From assembly GCA_965223325.1 (NCBI GenBank), contig CBDCWI010000002.1, positions 160,001 to 224,000 of the forward strand: a DNA stretch of 64,000 nt. The letters run 5' to 3'. This DNA is from Candidatus Multivoradales bacterium. Lineage in GTDB: Bacteria > Acidobacteriota > Thermoanaerobaculia > Multivoradales > Multivoraceae. Under the pieces are notes generated by a model. That model was given only the letters and a program-made list of their open reading frames with translations, had not been told where the DNA came from and did not search any database. The translations under genes were made by a program, and so were the position numbers. Positions 18,580 to 28,113 of this stretch are shown one piece after another (within the stretch, counting starts at the first letter, position 1; the number at the start of each line of letters is the position of its first letter).

Positions 18580-20529
18580 CTAGTGAGGGGCGTTGTCACA
18601 AAGGCCATCAATGGCCGCGAGAAGATCGCCGGATGGTAGCGCATCGTGGGCAAGCGCTTCGCGCCAGTTGGGCAGCATCAACTCGAGGTCGACGCCCTCG
18701 TAGACCACCAGCGGATCGATGCCTTTGAGAATCGGTACTCCGATACGACGGAAGGCAACTGCGGCTGAACCCACCGGGGTGACGACCTCGAAGCCGATGA
18801 AGCGCCCGTGCGGTAGCTCGACGATCGTCATCGGAAGGGGGCCGTAGTCGGCCCACACTTCTGCCAGAAAACTCGTCGTCGCGACCAGGCCTTCGTTGAT
18901 CAGGTGGCCATCCGCATCGATCGAGGCGACGAAGCGCCGGTCACCGGTCTTGATCGGAGCGGTCGGAACACGCTGGGTGTCCTCGAGCAGGCCATCGATC
19001 TTCGCCGCGTCGATGCCGCGCGCGGTGAGCTCGGAGCGCAGGTCTTCGAGTCGCAGCCGGGCCTTGCCACTGACCAGACGGGCCAGCTCGAGGATTCCCT
19101 GGCCGAACGCTTCGTAGCGCTCGGCGCGGGTGTTCTCGTCGCCGAAGGCCACCAGGCGATAGTCGCCGTGGTTGAGTGCCATGCGCATGCCGCGGTCGAA
19201 GGCGAAGCCGCGACCGACGAATTGGCGATAGGCGCGCTGCATTTCGATCGCCGCGACCAGCAGCTGGGCCAGCTCCATCGCGGTGTAGAAGGCACCGTCG
19301 CCGAGATACTTCTCGAAGCGCAGACCGTGGTCCGACGCCAAGCGGTCGAGGTGGCGTTGGAACCGGAACAGGCCGCGAAACCCTTCCTCGCGTGGTTCGC
19401 CGTCGGCGAGCCGCGAGAGGCTGGTGAGAACCTCCGAGAAGTCGGTCAGGTCGTACATCAGACCACCGCGGGTGACTTCAGGGTCGATCAGCCAGGGTGC
19501 CATGAAGTCGATCGGTCGGGTGCGAGTCTCTGCGACGGCGACCGACAGACCGATGGTCTCGAGGTCACCCTGGTCGCACAGAAAGAGCGCGCCATGTGGC
19601 TCCAGGTGAACGCAGAGCTTGCGCAATGAATCGAAGAGTTCGAACTCCTTGAGCCGCAGCAGCAGCCGTTCCCAGAGAAGAATCTGCTCGGGGTCGAAGA
19701 AGCGCTGGCGATCGTAGCCCGCGGACTGGCTGAGGAACTGGACCGTTCCAGGTTCGTAGAGCGCCCGAGTCTGGTCGCCGCCATGCATGGTGAGCGCGGC
19801 GTGTACGGCCGGATCGCGAGTCGAGCGCTCCTGGCACCAGGCTTCTAGGGCATTCTTGCGCTCGAGAAAGTCCTCGGCATCGATCTGCAGGTAGCCGCGC
19901 AGGTAGGTTTCGAGGCCCGTGAGGTCGCGATCGATCGTCTCTTCAGAGAGGATCAGGACGTTGTCACGCATGGCAGTCAAGAGGGTCGGGAAGAGCGCCT
20001 CCTCTTCGAGCTCGCGCTCGCGGGCAAAGCGCTCGACGAGCCGATAGACCAGGTCAAAGACTCGATCGAGATAACGGTCGAGCACCCGATAGCGCTGGTG
20101 ACTCGCGTCGCTGTCTTCGGCGACGCGTGACCAGATGCCGGCGAGTTGCCGAGAGTGGTAGAGCCAGAAGATCTGCGAGTAGTCCTGGGCGTAGCTGGCG
20201 GCAGAGACGTTTTCGATCGCAGTACTCAACGCCTCGGCGTACGCCTCCCAGGCTCGGTCCTCGTCTTCTGCCGCCAGGCTGGGGTCGCGCTCGCGCGCCC
20301 AGGCCAGGGCGATGACCGTTTCGAGACGTGTCGCCAGGTCAGCCAGACCATCGGAGTCGAGAATCGGGAAGCCGTGGATGGGCACGCCTTGCCCGGGCTG
20401 CAAGAGGATCCGCCGAGGGAGAGGCAGGTGCCGAACGATCCCTGAGAACCAGCGCGCCAGCTCGACGCCGTCACGACGCAGGAACTCCGTGGGTCCGCGG
20501 AGGTGACGAAGGAGAGGGTCCTGAGGCAT
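18580..20529 (-). CDS. Hypothetical protein with C-terminal class III nucleotide cyclase-like domain
   Basis: MYDLTDFS, FEKYLGDG, GMRMALNHG and YEAFGQGILELARL align with the class III cyclase motifs. About 350-aa helical N-terminus of unknown family. Start taken at MPQDPLL. Confidence 0.6.
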   Translation of the reverse strand: MPQDPLLRHLRGPTEFLRRDGVELARWFSGIVRHLPLPRRILLQPGQGVPIHGFPILDSDGLADLATRLETVIALAWARERDPSLAAEDEDRAWEAYAEALSTAIENVSAASYAQDYSQIFWLYHSRQLAGIWSRVAEDSDASHQRYRVLDRYLDRVFDLVYRLVERFARERELEEEALFPTLLTAMRDNVLILSEETIDRDLTGLETYLRGYLQIDAEDFLERKNALEAWCQERSTRDPAVHAALTMHGGDQTRALYEPGTVQFLSQSAGYDRQRFFDPEQILLWERLLLRLKEFELFDSLRKLCVHLEPHGALFLCDQGDLETIGLSVAVAETRTRPIDFMAPWLIDPEVTRGGLMYDLTDFSEVLTSLSRLADGEPREEGFRGLFRFQRHLDRLASDHGLRFEKYLGDGAFYTAMELAQLLVAAIEMQRAYRQFVGRGFAFDRGMRMALNHGDYRLVAFGDENTRAERYEAFGQGILELARLVSGKARLRLEDLRSELTARGIDAAKIDGLLEDTQRVPTAPIKTGDRRFVASIDADGHLINEGLVATTSFLAEVWADYGPLPMTIVELPHGRFIGFEVVTPVGSAAVAFRRIGVPILKGIDPLVVYEGVDLELMLPNWREALAHDALPSGDLLAAIDGLCDNAPH

Positions 20530-20638
20530 CAAGCAAAGCCTACAGCGAGTCCTGGCTCGCCCGAGTGGGTTCGAAGTCAAGTGCAATCCCGCCGAACCGC
20601 GACGACTCCCGATCGCCCTGGAGTACACTGCCGCCGCT

Positions 20639-22201
20639 TTGAACATACGCCTCAAGACCGTCCGTCAGCTGTCCGCCGACTGCGAAGTGATCGTGGTTCC
20701 CGTCTTCTCTGGGGAGAGCCCATTCCCTGCGGGACCATTCCCCAGTGGACCGTTCCCCAACGGACCGTGGAGCAAAGCCTGGGAAGGGCTCACCACGGCC
20801 GCAACCAGAGCGCACTGGCCAGAGGGCAGCGAAAGGCGCGTCACGGTCGTCCAACGTCGCAAAGGCGCCGCCCATCTGGTCGTGATCGGAGCTGGTCGAC
20901 GGGCGGGATTCGACGTCCGCAGGATCACCGAGGTCGCCCAGCGCGCCTGGCGCGAGGCCGCCGCCCTGGGTGGGCGAAGCGTCGGCCTGCTGCTGCCTCG
21001 GGATGCGCCGAGCGCCGAAGATGACGCCGCGTTGACCGAAGGTGGCCTGCAGGCTGCGGTGCTGGGCCTCGAGCGCGGCGCCTATCAGTTCTCGCGCTAC
21101 AAACTGAGCGCGGGCAGCGCGGGTCGCAGCAAAGAGCGGGCAGGCCCGGCAACCGCCGCCATTGGTGTGGCCGGTGGGACCCCGTCGGCCTGGCGCAGGA
21201 GCCTCGACGCGGCGCTCGAGATCGCTGGCGGGGTGGCCTTTGCGCGCGACCTCGGCAACACGCCTCCCAACATCGCGACACCCGCCTGGTTGGCGAGGGA
21301 GGCGCGCAAGATGGCGAAGGCAGTCGGGGCTCGGGCGACAGTGCTCGGTCCGCAGGAGCTTGCCAAGAAGGGGATGGGGGGAATTCTTGCGGTCGGTGCT
21401 GGTTCGGCCAACGGTCCTCGGCTGGTGCGACTCTCGATCGGCAAGGGCCCGCGGGTCGCCCTCATCGGCAAGGGTGTGACGTTCGATACGGGTGGTATCT
21501 CGATCAAGCCGTCAGCTGCGATGGAGGAGATGAAGTACGACAAGTGCGGGGCATGCGCGGTCCTCGGTGCTTTTCAGGCAGTGGCCGGGCTCAACCTGCC
21601 GTTTCGGGTCGATGCCTACGTGGCGTTCGCGGAGAACATGCCTGATGGCCGCGCCTATCGGCCCGGCGACATCGTGCGCTGCTACGGCCGCGGGAAGACC
21701 GCCCGAACCGTCGAGATCATCAACACCGACGCCGAGGGGCGCATGCTCCTGGCCGACACCCTTACCTGGGCGAGCGAGACCAAGCCGGTGGCAATGATTG
21801 ATTACGCAACCCTTACAGGTGCCTGTGTCGTGGCTCTCGGCGAAGGAGCGGCAGGCCTCTGGTGCCGGGACGAAAAGATGGCGAACCACCTGCTCACCGC
21901 CGCCGCAGCGAGTGGTGAACGCTTGTGGCGGATGCCGCTGTGGCCCGAATTCAATCACCAGATGAAGAGTGATCACGCAGACCTGAAGAACTCTGGAGGG
22001 CGCTGGGGCGGCGCCAACACTGCGGCCGCGTTCCTTTCCAACTTCACCGCCGATCATCCCTGTTGGGCCCATATCGACCTCGCGGGGCCGGCGTACGACA
22101 CTTCACCGTCCAGTGGCGAGACCCCTGGCGCGACCGGTTACGGGGTCGCAACGACCGTCAACTGGTTGCGGCGCGGTAACCTTTCGTCCCACGATGCGTA
22201 G
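20639..22201 (+). CDS. pepA: M17 leucyl aminopeptidase
   Basis: GKGVTFDTGGISIKP, MKYDKCG, NTDAEGRMLLAD, ATLTGA, WAHIDLAG. Confidence 0.95.
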   Translation: MNIRLKTVRQLSADCEVIVVPVFSGESPFPAGPFPSGPFPNGPWSKAWEGLTTAATRAHWPEGSERRVTVVQRRKGAAHLVVIGAGRRAGFDVRRITEVAQRAWREAAALGGRSVGLLLPRDAPSAEDDAALTEGGLQAAVLGLERGAYQFSRYKLSAGSAGRSKERAGPATAAIGVAGGTPSAWRRSLDAALEIAGGVAFARDLGNTPPNIATPAWLAREARKMAKAVGARATVLGPQELAKKGMGGILAVGAGSANGPRLVRLSIGKGPRVALIGKGVTFDTGGISIKPSAAMEEMKYDKCGACAVLGAFQAVAGLNLPFRVDAYVAFAENMPDGRAYRPGDIVRCYGRGKTARTVEIINTDAEGRMLLADTLTWASETKPVAMIDYATLTGACVVALGEGAAGLWCRDEKMANHLLTAAAASGERLWRMPLWPEFNHQMKSDHADLKNSGGRWGGANTAAAFLSNFTADHPCWAHIDLAGPAYDTSPSSGETPGATGYGVATTVNWLRRGNLSSHDA

Positions 22202-22351
22202 CACTCGGTGAACACCACGGCACGTCGCGCCGTAGGACAGGCTCCTACCCTCACGCGAGTCGCTTCCTATCTTGACCCATCGCTTCAAAGACCAGGCGCC
22301 CTCACCGTTCTTGACGGCATCGAATCTACAGGGCCCGGAGACCAATAGACC

Positions 22352-24031
22352 ATGAACCAGTACCGGTCCCGTCGGACCCCTCGAACCCTTCGCCCTCTCG
22401 TCCGCCCGCTCCTCTGGTTGTCGGCGATGGTCGCGATTCTCGCTCTCGTCGCCTCGGCAGTCAGTGCTTCGGCGGGCGAAGGTGAAGACACGCTGTCGGC
22501 AGCCTGGACCGACGAGTTGCCCGCCAGCGGGCTCAACGAGAGTGGCGACGTCATTCGGCTGTCCCTGGCTGACGCTGTGCAGGTTGCGGTGCGGCGCAAC
22601 CTCGGCCTCCAGGTTCAGCGGATTGATCGCACGCAGTCTCACCTCGGGATCATGCAGAACGAGGGTATCTATGACTTCTTCACCCGCGCCAACCTGCTGT
22701 GGGGCGAAGAAGAGAGCGCCGCGGCTTCGAACCTGAGCGGTGCTTCGGTGCTCTCTCAGGACACCGGCGTTCTCAATCTCGGTGTCAGCCGGTTGATTCC
22801 CAGCGGCGGTACTGCCTCGATCGACTGGAACAACCGGCGTTCCGAGTCCAACTCGTTCTTCGCCTCGGTCAATCCGTCGTTCACTTCTGACTTCGATCTC
22901 GCCTTCTCGCAGCCTCTCTTGCGCAACTTCGGTCGCATCGCCACCGAACGCGCCCTGATCATTGCGCGCACCAACAGCGACATGGCTTTCCATCAGCTCG
23001 AAGCTTCCGTGATCGACCTGGTCGATCGTGTCGAGAATGCCTACTGGTCACTGGTGGAAACCCGCGCGCAGCTCGAGGTCAGTCGCGAGAGCCTTGCCCT
23101 GGCTGAAGAACTCCACGAGAAGAACCGCACCCAGGTCGAGGTAGGGACCCTTGCACCGCTCGAGTTGATCCAGAGCGAAGTGGGTGTTGCGACGCGCCGC
23201 GAAGAGATCATTCGCGCCGAGGGCACGGTCGGCGACGCTGAGGACGAGCTTCGCAGGTTGATGAATCTCGAGACGGATTCATTCTGGGATCGGACCATCG
23301 AGCCCACCACAGATCCCGAGACCGCGCGCATCGACGTCGACCTGGCGAACGCGATTCGGGTGGCCTACGAAGAACGCGCAGAGCTCGAGCAGCAGCGCTT
23401 GTTCAACGAGAACCTGGAGCTCGATGCGAAGTTCTTTCGCCGCCAGATGCTGCCGCAACTGACCCTCGATCTCCGCTACGGCTGGAATGGCCTCGGTGGT
23501 GACGTTCGTCAGTTGGAGCCCGGCGAAGACCCGTTCAACCCCAACGCCCGCACGAGACTGATTCCGGGCGGCTTCGGCGATGCCGTCGACCAGATCCTCG
23601 ACCAGGAGTTCGTTGGTTGGCAGGCAGGCTTGAACTTCGGGTTCCCGATTCAGAATCGACAGGCGCGGGCCAGCAGCCAGATCGCCGATCTCGAACTCGA
23701 GCAGGGAAGGATCACCTTGTCGGACCTCGAGCTCAGCATTCGCACCGAGGTTCGGCAGGCGGCCCGCGGTGTGCGTACCGCCGCTGAGCAGATCGATTCG
23801 GCGACCACCTCGCAGCGTCTCGCAGAGCGCAACCTCGACGCCGAGCGCAAGCGTTACGAGAACGGGCTCTCGACGAGCTTCCAGATCCTCGAGATTCAAG
23901 AAGACCTGAGTCAGGCCCGCAGCCGGCTGGTGACCGCTGTGACGAGCTACCGGCGCGCGCTGGTGCGCTACTACCGGGCGCTCGGACGTCTACTGGACGA
24001 GAACGGCATTGAGCTCGAAGACCTGCCGTAG
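22352..24031 (+). CDS. TolC family outer membrane efflux protein
   Basis: Signal peptide; LSLADAVQVAVRRN, QPLLRNFG and ERKRYENGLST duplicated OEP helices. Confidence 0.88.
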   Translation: MNQYRSRRTPRTLRPLVRPLLWLSAMVAILALVASAVSASAGEGEDTLSAAWTDELPASGLNESGDVIRLSLADAVQVAVRRNLGLQVQRIDRTQSHLGIMQNEGIYDFFTRANLLWGEEESAAASNLSGASVLSQDTGVLNLGVSRLIPSGGTASIDWNNRRSESNSFFASVNPSFTSDFDLAFSQPLLRNFGRIATERALIIARTNSDMAFHQLEASVIDLVDRVENAYWSLVETRAQLEVSRESLALAEELHEKNRTQVEVGTLAPLELIQSEVGVATRREEIIRAEGTVGDAEDELRRLMNLETDSFWDRTIEPTTDPETARIDVDLANAIRVAYEERAELEQQRLFNENLELDAKFFRRQMLPQLTLDLRYGWNGLGGDVRQLEPGEDPFNPNARTRLIPGGFGDAVDQILDQEFVGWQAGLNFGFPIQNRQARASSQIADLELEQGRITLSDLELSIRTEVRQAARGVRTAAEQIDSATTSQRLAERNLDAERKRYENGLSTSFQILEIQEDLSQARSRLVTAVTSYRRALVRYYRALGRLLDENGIELEDLP

Positions 24032-24058
24032 ATTCCGCGGGTCGGCGGCTGGAGCGGG

Positions 24059-24107
24059 CGGACGTACACCCGACGGACGTACACCCGACGGACGAACACC
24101 CCACGGA
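24059..24107. repeat. 15-bp tandem repeat, about 3 copies (CGGACGTACACCCGA)
   Basis: Units at 24059, 24074 and 24089 (third has 2 mismatches), between the tolC-like stop and the tRNA-Leu 3' end. Confidence 0.9.
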
Positions 24108-24137
24108 ATTGTGCTCGGCGCACCGCCGCGGGGGCCC

Positions 24138-24224
24138 TGGTACCGGAGGTGGGACTCGAACCCACACACCCTTGCGGGCGGGGGATTTTGAGTCCCCTGC
24201 GTCTGCCAATTCCGCCACTCCGGC
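24138..24224 (-). tRNA. tRNA-Leu(CAA)
   Basis: Reverse complement GCCGGAGTGGCGGAATTGGCAGACGCAGGGGACTCAAAATCCCCCGCCCGCAAGGGTGTGTGGGTTCGAGTCCCACCTCCGGTACCA. Confidence 0.96.
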
Positions 24225-24386
24225 TTGTTCGTGGGATCAACGGTGTTCCCGACAAGGTGCCGCGCAATATAGCGGAGCCATGACCCGGGAATCCAGCGTA
24301 TCGCTGCGCAGCGCGATGGTGCGCTGTGGGGGGCGTTTCGAGAGCGTCTCTTCGCTTTGAAGCTAGTATTCCTAGCCATCGAGGCC

Positions 24387-24415
24387 TTGACTCCAGGGCA
24401 CTCATCTGCTAGCTT
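24387..24415 (+). promoter_or_regulatory. Sigma70-type promoter candidate for carD
   Basis: TTGACT-17 bp-TAGCTT with an extended TG one base before the -10 hexamer. Confidence 0.55.
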
Positions 24416-24700
24416 CGGGAGTTCGTCGCGGTCGGTTTCTCCTCGGTCCCGGTGAGCGAAAGGCCCCTGACAACGGGATCTTTCGAAGGGGCCACCTTTC
24501 GAACGGGGCCAGATAGGCACCCCGCGTCCGGCTGCTCTGCGGTCCACGGAAGCGTCGCGAGTACGGGCTCCACGCTCGCCTTGGGGTTCGATCCCTGGCC
24601 GCGAATCGACCTGGTGCCCCTTCGATCGATCCTCGCGGGCACACCCCCCTTCACGCCATTCTCACTTCAGCATTTCAAAGCAGAACCAGGAGGTAGCCCC

Positions 24701-25231
24701 TTGTCATTCAAGGTAGGCCAGAAGGTCGTCTATCCCAATCACGGTGTCAGTCTCGTCGAGGAGATCGCTCCAGGCAATATCGATGGCATCGAGCACACCT
24801 ACTACCACCTGCGGCTGCTGTCGAACGACTCGAAGGTCATGGTGCCGAAAGAGAACCTCGAGCTGGTCGGTCTGCGTCCGTTGTGCACCCAGAAGGCGCT
24901 CAAAGAGCTGCTTGCCCTGCTCGAGGACGGCAACATCGACACCTACAAAGACTGGAAGGGTCGCTACAAGCAGAACCTCGACAAGATGAAAACTGGTGAT
25001 CTGACCGAGGTCGCCGAAGTGCTCAAGAACCTGCGTCTCGTTTCGCAGAAAAAGAGTCTCTCCTTCCGCGAGAAGAAGATGTATGAGAGGGCGCGCTATT
25101 TCATCCTCAGCGAGGTGGCACACGTCAAGAACATTCCCGAGGAGAAGGCCGAGGCGCTGGTCGAGAAAGCCCTCGAGACCAGCATCGAGAAGCGCAGCAA
25201 GAAGAAGGGCGCTTCGAAAGAGAAAGCCTGA
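24701..25231 (+). CDS. carD: CarD/CdnL family RNA polymerase-binding regulator
   Basis: FKVGQKVVYPNHGV, GLRP, WKGRY and LSFREKKM; GGAGG RBS before TTG at 24701. Confidence 0.93.
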   Translation: MSFKVGQKVVYPNHGVSLVEEIAPGNIDGIEHTYYHLRLLSNDSKVMVPKENLELVGLRPLCTQKALKELLALLEDGNIDTYKDWKGRYKQNLDKMKTGDLTEVAEVLKNLRLVSQKKSLSFREKKMYERARYFILSEVAHVKNIPEEKAEALVEKALETSIEKRSKKKGASKEKA

Positions 25232-25290
25232 GGCCCAACCAGACCTCAGGTTCCGGGCCGAGGGGCGCGGTGCCTGGAGCGAACCTTCAT

Positions 25291-25566
25291 ATGCAACGTT
25301 TCCTCATTCTGCTCCTGGCCGTTGGGCTGGTGAGCTACGTGATGTCGCGTCAACTCCGGCGGTTCCTCGCCGGGCCGACGGGCCGGCAACTGCAGACTCT
25401 GTGGCGGATTCTCGGCGGCGGCTTGAGTGAACCGAAGGCGGGAAGACCGCGAGCCTCCGAGGCTCGCCTCACCCCGTGCTCGTCGTGTGGCGCGTTCGTG
25501 CCCGAGTCGCGCCTCCACCACCGTGCTGGGGGGCGGCCAGTCTGCTCGGCTTGCGAGTCGCGATGA
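25291..25566 (+). CDS. Small membrane-anchored Zn-ribbon protein (PP0621-like)
   Basis: N-terminal hydrophobic helix; CSSCGAFVP...CSAC. Confidence 0.6.
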   Translation: MQRFLILLLAVGLVSYVMSRQLRRFLAGPTGRQLQTLWRILGGGLSEPKAGRPRASEARLTPCSSCGAFVPESRLHHRAGGRPVCSACESR

Positions 25567-25576
25567 AGCCCCCGGG

Positions 25577-28084
25577 ATGGTGACGGCGTCTCGAAACACC
25601 GCTCCGATTGCCCAGGTCGCCGTACCGCTGCCGTTACCCACCGCGCTCAGCTATTTGGTTCCTCTGTCGTTGGCAGACCTCGCTGCGGTCGGCTGCCGAG
25701 TCAAGGTCCAGGTTGGGCGACGAAAGCTGACCGGGCTGGTGATGGCGCGCACTGCCGAGCGGCCCGCTGGCGTAGCACTCAGATCGCTCGACGCGGTAGT
25801 GGACATGTCGCCAGTGGTTACAACGGCGCAGCTCGAGCTGGCGACGTTCACTGCCGAGTACTACATGGCTCCAATCGGCGAAGTGGTGCGACTCCTGGTG
25901 CCCAACCATCTCGAGGCGTGGGGGACGCGACGGGTGCGTTTGACCAATGCTGGCGCCCTGGCGCGACCGCGCGATGCGTTCGAGACCTTTCTCCAGGAAC
26001 GTCTTCTCGCCGTCGGTAGCCTTGCTACCGCCGAGCTCCATCAACAGTGGGCCGAGTTCACGGCTTCGGCGCCCCTTCTCGTAGGCGCAGAAGGGAGTGA
26101 GAGCGACGACGTCCTGGAGCTCGACCTGTTGGATCGCCTGCGCGCCCTCGCCAGCGCCGGCAGGATCAGCCTTTCGGCATCGCGCCGCGCCGGCGCCGGA
26201 AGCGCGCGCTACGTGACGGCGATCGAACTTCCTCCCGGCGACCACGAGCAGCAGTTGGCGGCCTGTGGCCGTTCTCCCAAGGCGCGTGCGGTGGTCTCGC
26301 ACCTGGCGCGTGTCGGTCGCCCGGCGACTCAAGAGGAAGTCCTGGTAGCGGTCGGTTGCACCGCGGGCGTCATTCAGCGGTTGGTGAAGCTCGGCATTCT
26401 TCGGCGCTTCACGCAGGTCGAACGCATCGCCACGGACCGCCAGCTGCTGGCCGGGACAGCGCCGCAGCCGTTCGAGCTCCGCCCCGACCAGGCAGACGCC
26501 CTCGACGCCATCGAGGCCGCACTCGACCGTGGTAGGTGGCAGAGCTTTGTGTTGGCGGGTATGACCGGCTCGGGCAAGACCGAGGTCTACCTGCGGGCGG
26601 CCGAGCGGGTCCTCGATGAAGGCAAGAGCGTTCTCATCCTGGTGCCGGAGATCGGCCTGGTGCCGGCACTCGGCCGCGAGCTGCGCCGTCGTTTCGGGGA
26701 TCGCACAGCGATCCTGCACTCGGCGCTTGGCAAAGCCGAGCGTCAGTCGGAGTGGGAGCGTCTGCGGGCGGGTGAAGCGAGCGTCGTCTTGGGGCCGCGG
26801 TCGGCGGTGTTTGCGCCGCTCGAGAGGCTGGGCCTGGTGGTGGTCGACGAGGAGCATGACGGCGCCTACAAGCAGGAGAAGACGCCGCGCTACAACGGCC
26901 GCGACCTGGCGCTGGTGCGGGCGCGCAACGAGAACGCGGTCGCCCTTCTGGTCTCCGCGACCCCGAGCATGGAAACCAGGCAGAACGTCTTGCGGAAGCG
27001 CTACAAGCGCCTCGAGCTGACCGAGCGCGCGGGCGTTGGCCGCCTGCCCGACGGTGTTCTGGTCGATCTGCGAAAGGACCCTGACCGCCCGAAGCGGCCG
27101 GGCGAGGTTGCGTTCTCGGGAGTCCTCCGCGAGGGGGTCGCCAATGCGATCAGAGCCGGCGAACAGGTCATTCTGCTACGCAACCGCCGGGGCTACGCTC
27201 CGGTGCTGCTCTGCCGGGCGTGCGGGGAAGAGCACCGTTGCGAGGATTGTGGTTTGCCGCGTACGTTTCATCGGCGCCAAGCGGTTCTGGTGTGTCACTA
27301 CTGTGGCGCCCGGAGCCGTGCTCCAGAGCGCTGCGGCACCTGCCAGGCCAGGGCGCTCGAACCGATTGGCGCAGGCACCGAACGGGTCGAGGAGAACTTC
27401 AAGGAGCTGTTTCCGGAGGCCCGGGTAGCGGTGCTCGACCGCGATACCGCCCATCGCCGTGGGGGAGCCGCAGCGGTGCTCGAGGGCTTTGCCCGCGGGG
27501 AGAGCGACGTCTTGATCGGAACGCAGATGGTCGCTAAGGGGCATCACTTCCCGCGCGTTTCGTTGACCGCGGTGTTGTCGGCGGACTCGTATCTGGGTTT
27601 TCCCGACTTTCGAGCGGTCGAGAAGACCTATTCGCTCTTGACCCAGGTCGCGGGGCGCGCCGGGCGCGGCGAGCGTCCGGGCACGGTCATCATCCAGACG
27701 CTCAATCCCGAGCACTACGCGATTCAGGCCGCCCTCCACCAGGACGACGCTGGGTTTGCCGAGCACGAGCTCCGTCTGCGCCGCTTGTTTCACTACCCAC
27801 CGTTCTCGCGCATGGTCCAACTGGTGTTGCAGGACCGCCAGCGGGAACGCGGCGAAGCACGACTACGAGAGCTCGCCCGGCGCATCGAAGCTCATCCGCT
27901 GTCGGCCACCGCGCGGGTGCTCGGGCCGGCACCGGCGCCGCTCGAGAAACTGAAGGGCCGGTGGCGCTTTCAGCTGCTGATTCGCGGGCCGAGCATTCGT
28001 GACCTACAGACTCTCCTGCGCGCAGCGGTTTCTGATCCGCCGCCTGAGCTCACCATCGACGTCGATCCGTGGGACCTGCTGTAG
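25577..28084 (+). CDS. priA: Primosomal protein N'
   Basis: GMTGSGKTEVY, LVPEIGL, DEEHD, Cys-rich Zn region, GTQMVAKGHHFP, QVAGRAGR. Confidence 0.97.
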   Translation: MVTASRNTAPIAQVAVPLPLPTALSYLVPLSLADLAAVGCRVKVQVGRRKLTGLVMARTAERPAGVALRSLDAVVDMSPVVTTAQLELATFTAEYYMAPIGEVVRLLVPNHLEAWGTRRVRLTNAGALARPRDAFETFLQERLLAVGSLATAELHQQWAEFTASAPLLVGAEGSESDDVLELDLLDRLRALASAGRISLSASRRAGAGSARYVTAIELPPGDHEQQLAACGRSPKARAVVSHLARVGRPATQEEVLVAVGCTAGVIQRLVKLGILRRFTQVERIATDRQLLAGTAPQPFELRPDQADALDAIEAALDRGRWQSFVLAGMTGSGKTEVYLRAAERVLDEGKSVLILVPEIGLVPALGRELRRRFGDRTAILHSALGKAERQSEWERLRAGEASVVLGPRSAVFAPLERLGLVVVDEEHDGAYKQEKTPRYNGRDLALVRARNENAVALLVSATPSMETRQNVLRKRYKRLELTERAGVGRLPDGVLVDLRKDPDRPKRPGEVAFSGVLREGVANAIRAGEQVILLRNRRGYAPVLLCRACGEEHRCEDCGLPRTFHRRQAVLVCHYCGARSRAPERCGTCQARALEPIGAGTERVEENFKELFPEARVAVLDRDTAHRRGGAAAVLEGFARGESDVLIGTQMVAKGHHFPRVSLTAVLSADSYLGFPDFRAVEKTYSLLTQVAGRAGRGERPGTVIIQTLNPEHYAIQAALHQDDAGFAEHELRLRRLFHYPPFSRMVQLVLQDRQRERGEARLRELARRIEAHPLSATARVLGPAPAPLEKLKGRWRFQLLIRGPSIRDLQTLLRAAVSDPPPELTIDVDPWDLL

Positions 28085-28113
28085 AAGGCTACGGCGCTGA
28101 TAGGGTCCCCTGC

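Noticed and set aside
24059-24107. Short direct repeats as a possible CRISPR array
   Set aside because: Units are adjacent with no spacers and only 15 bp long; no cas genes. The same applies to 34063-34130.
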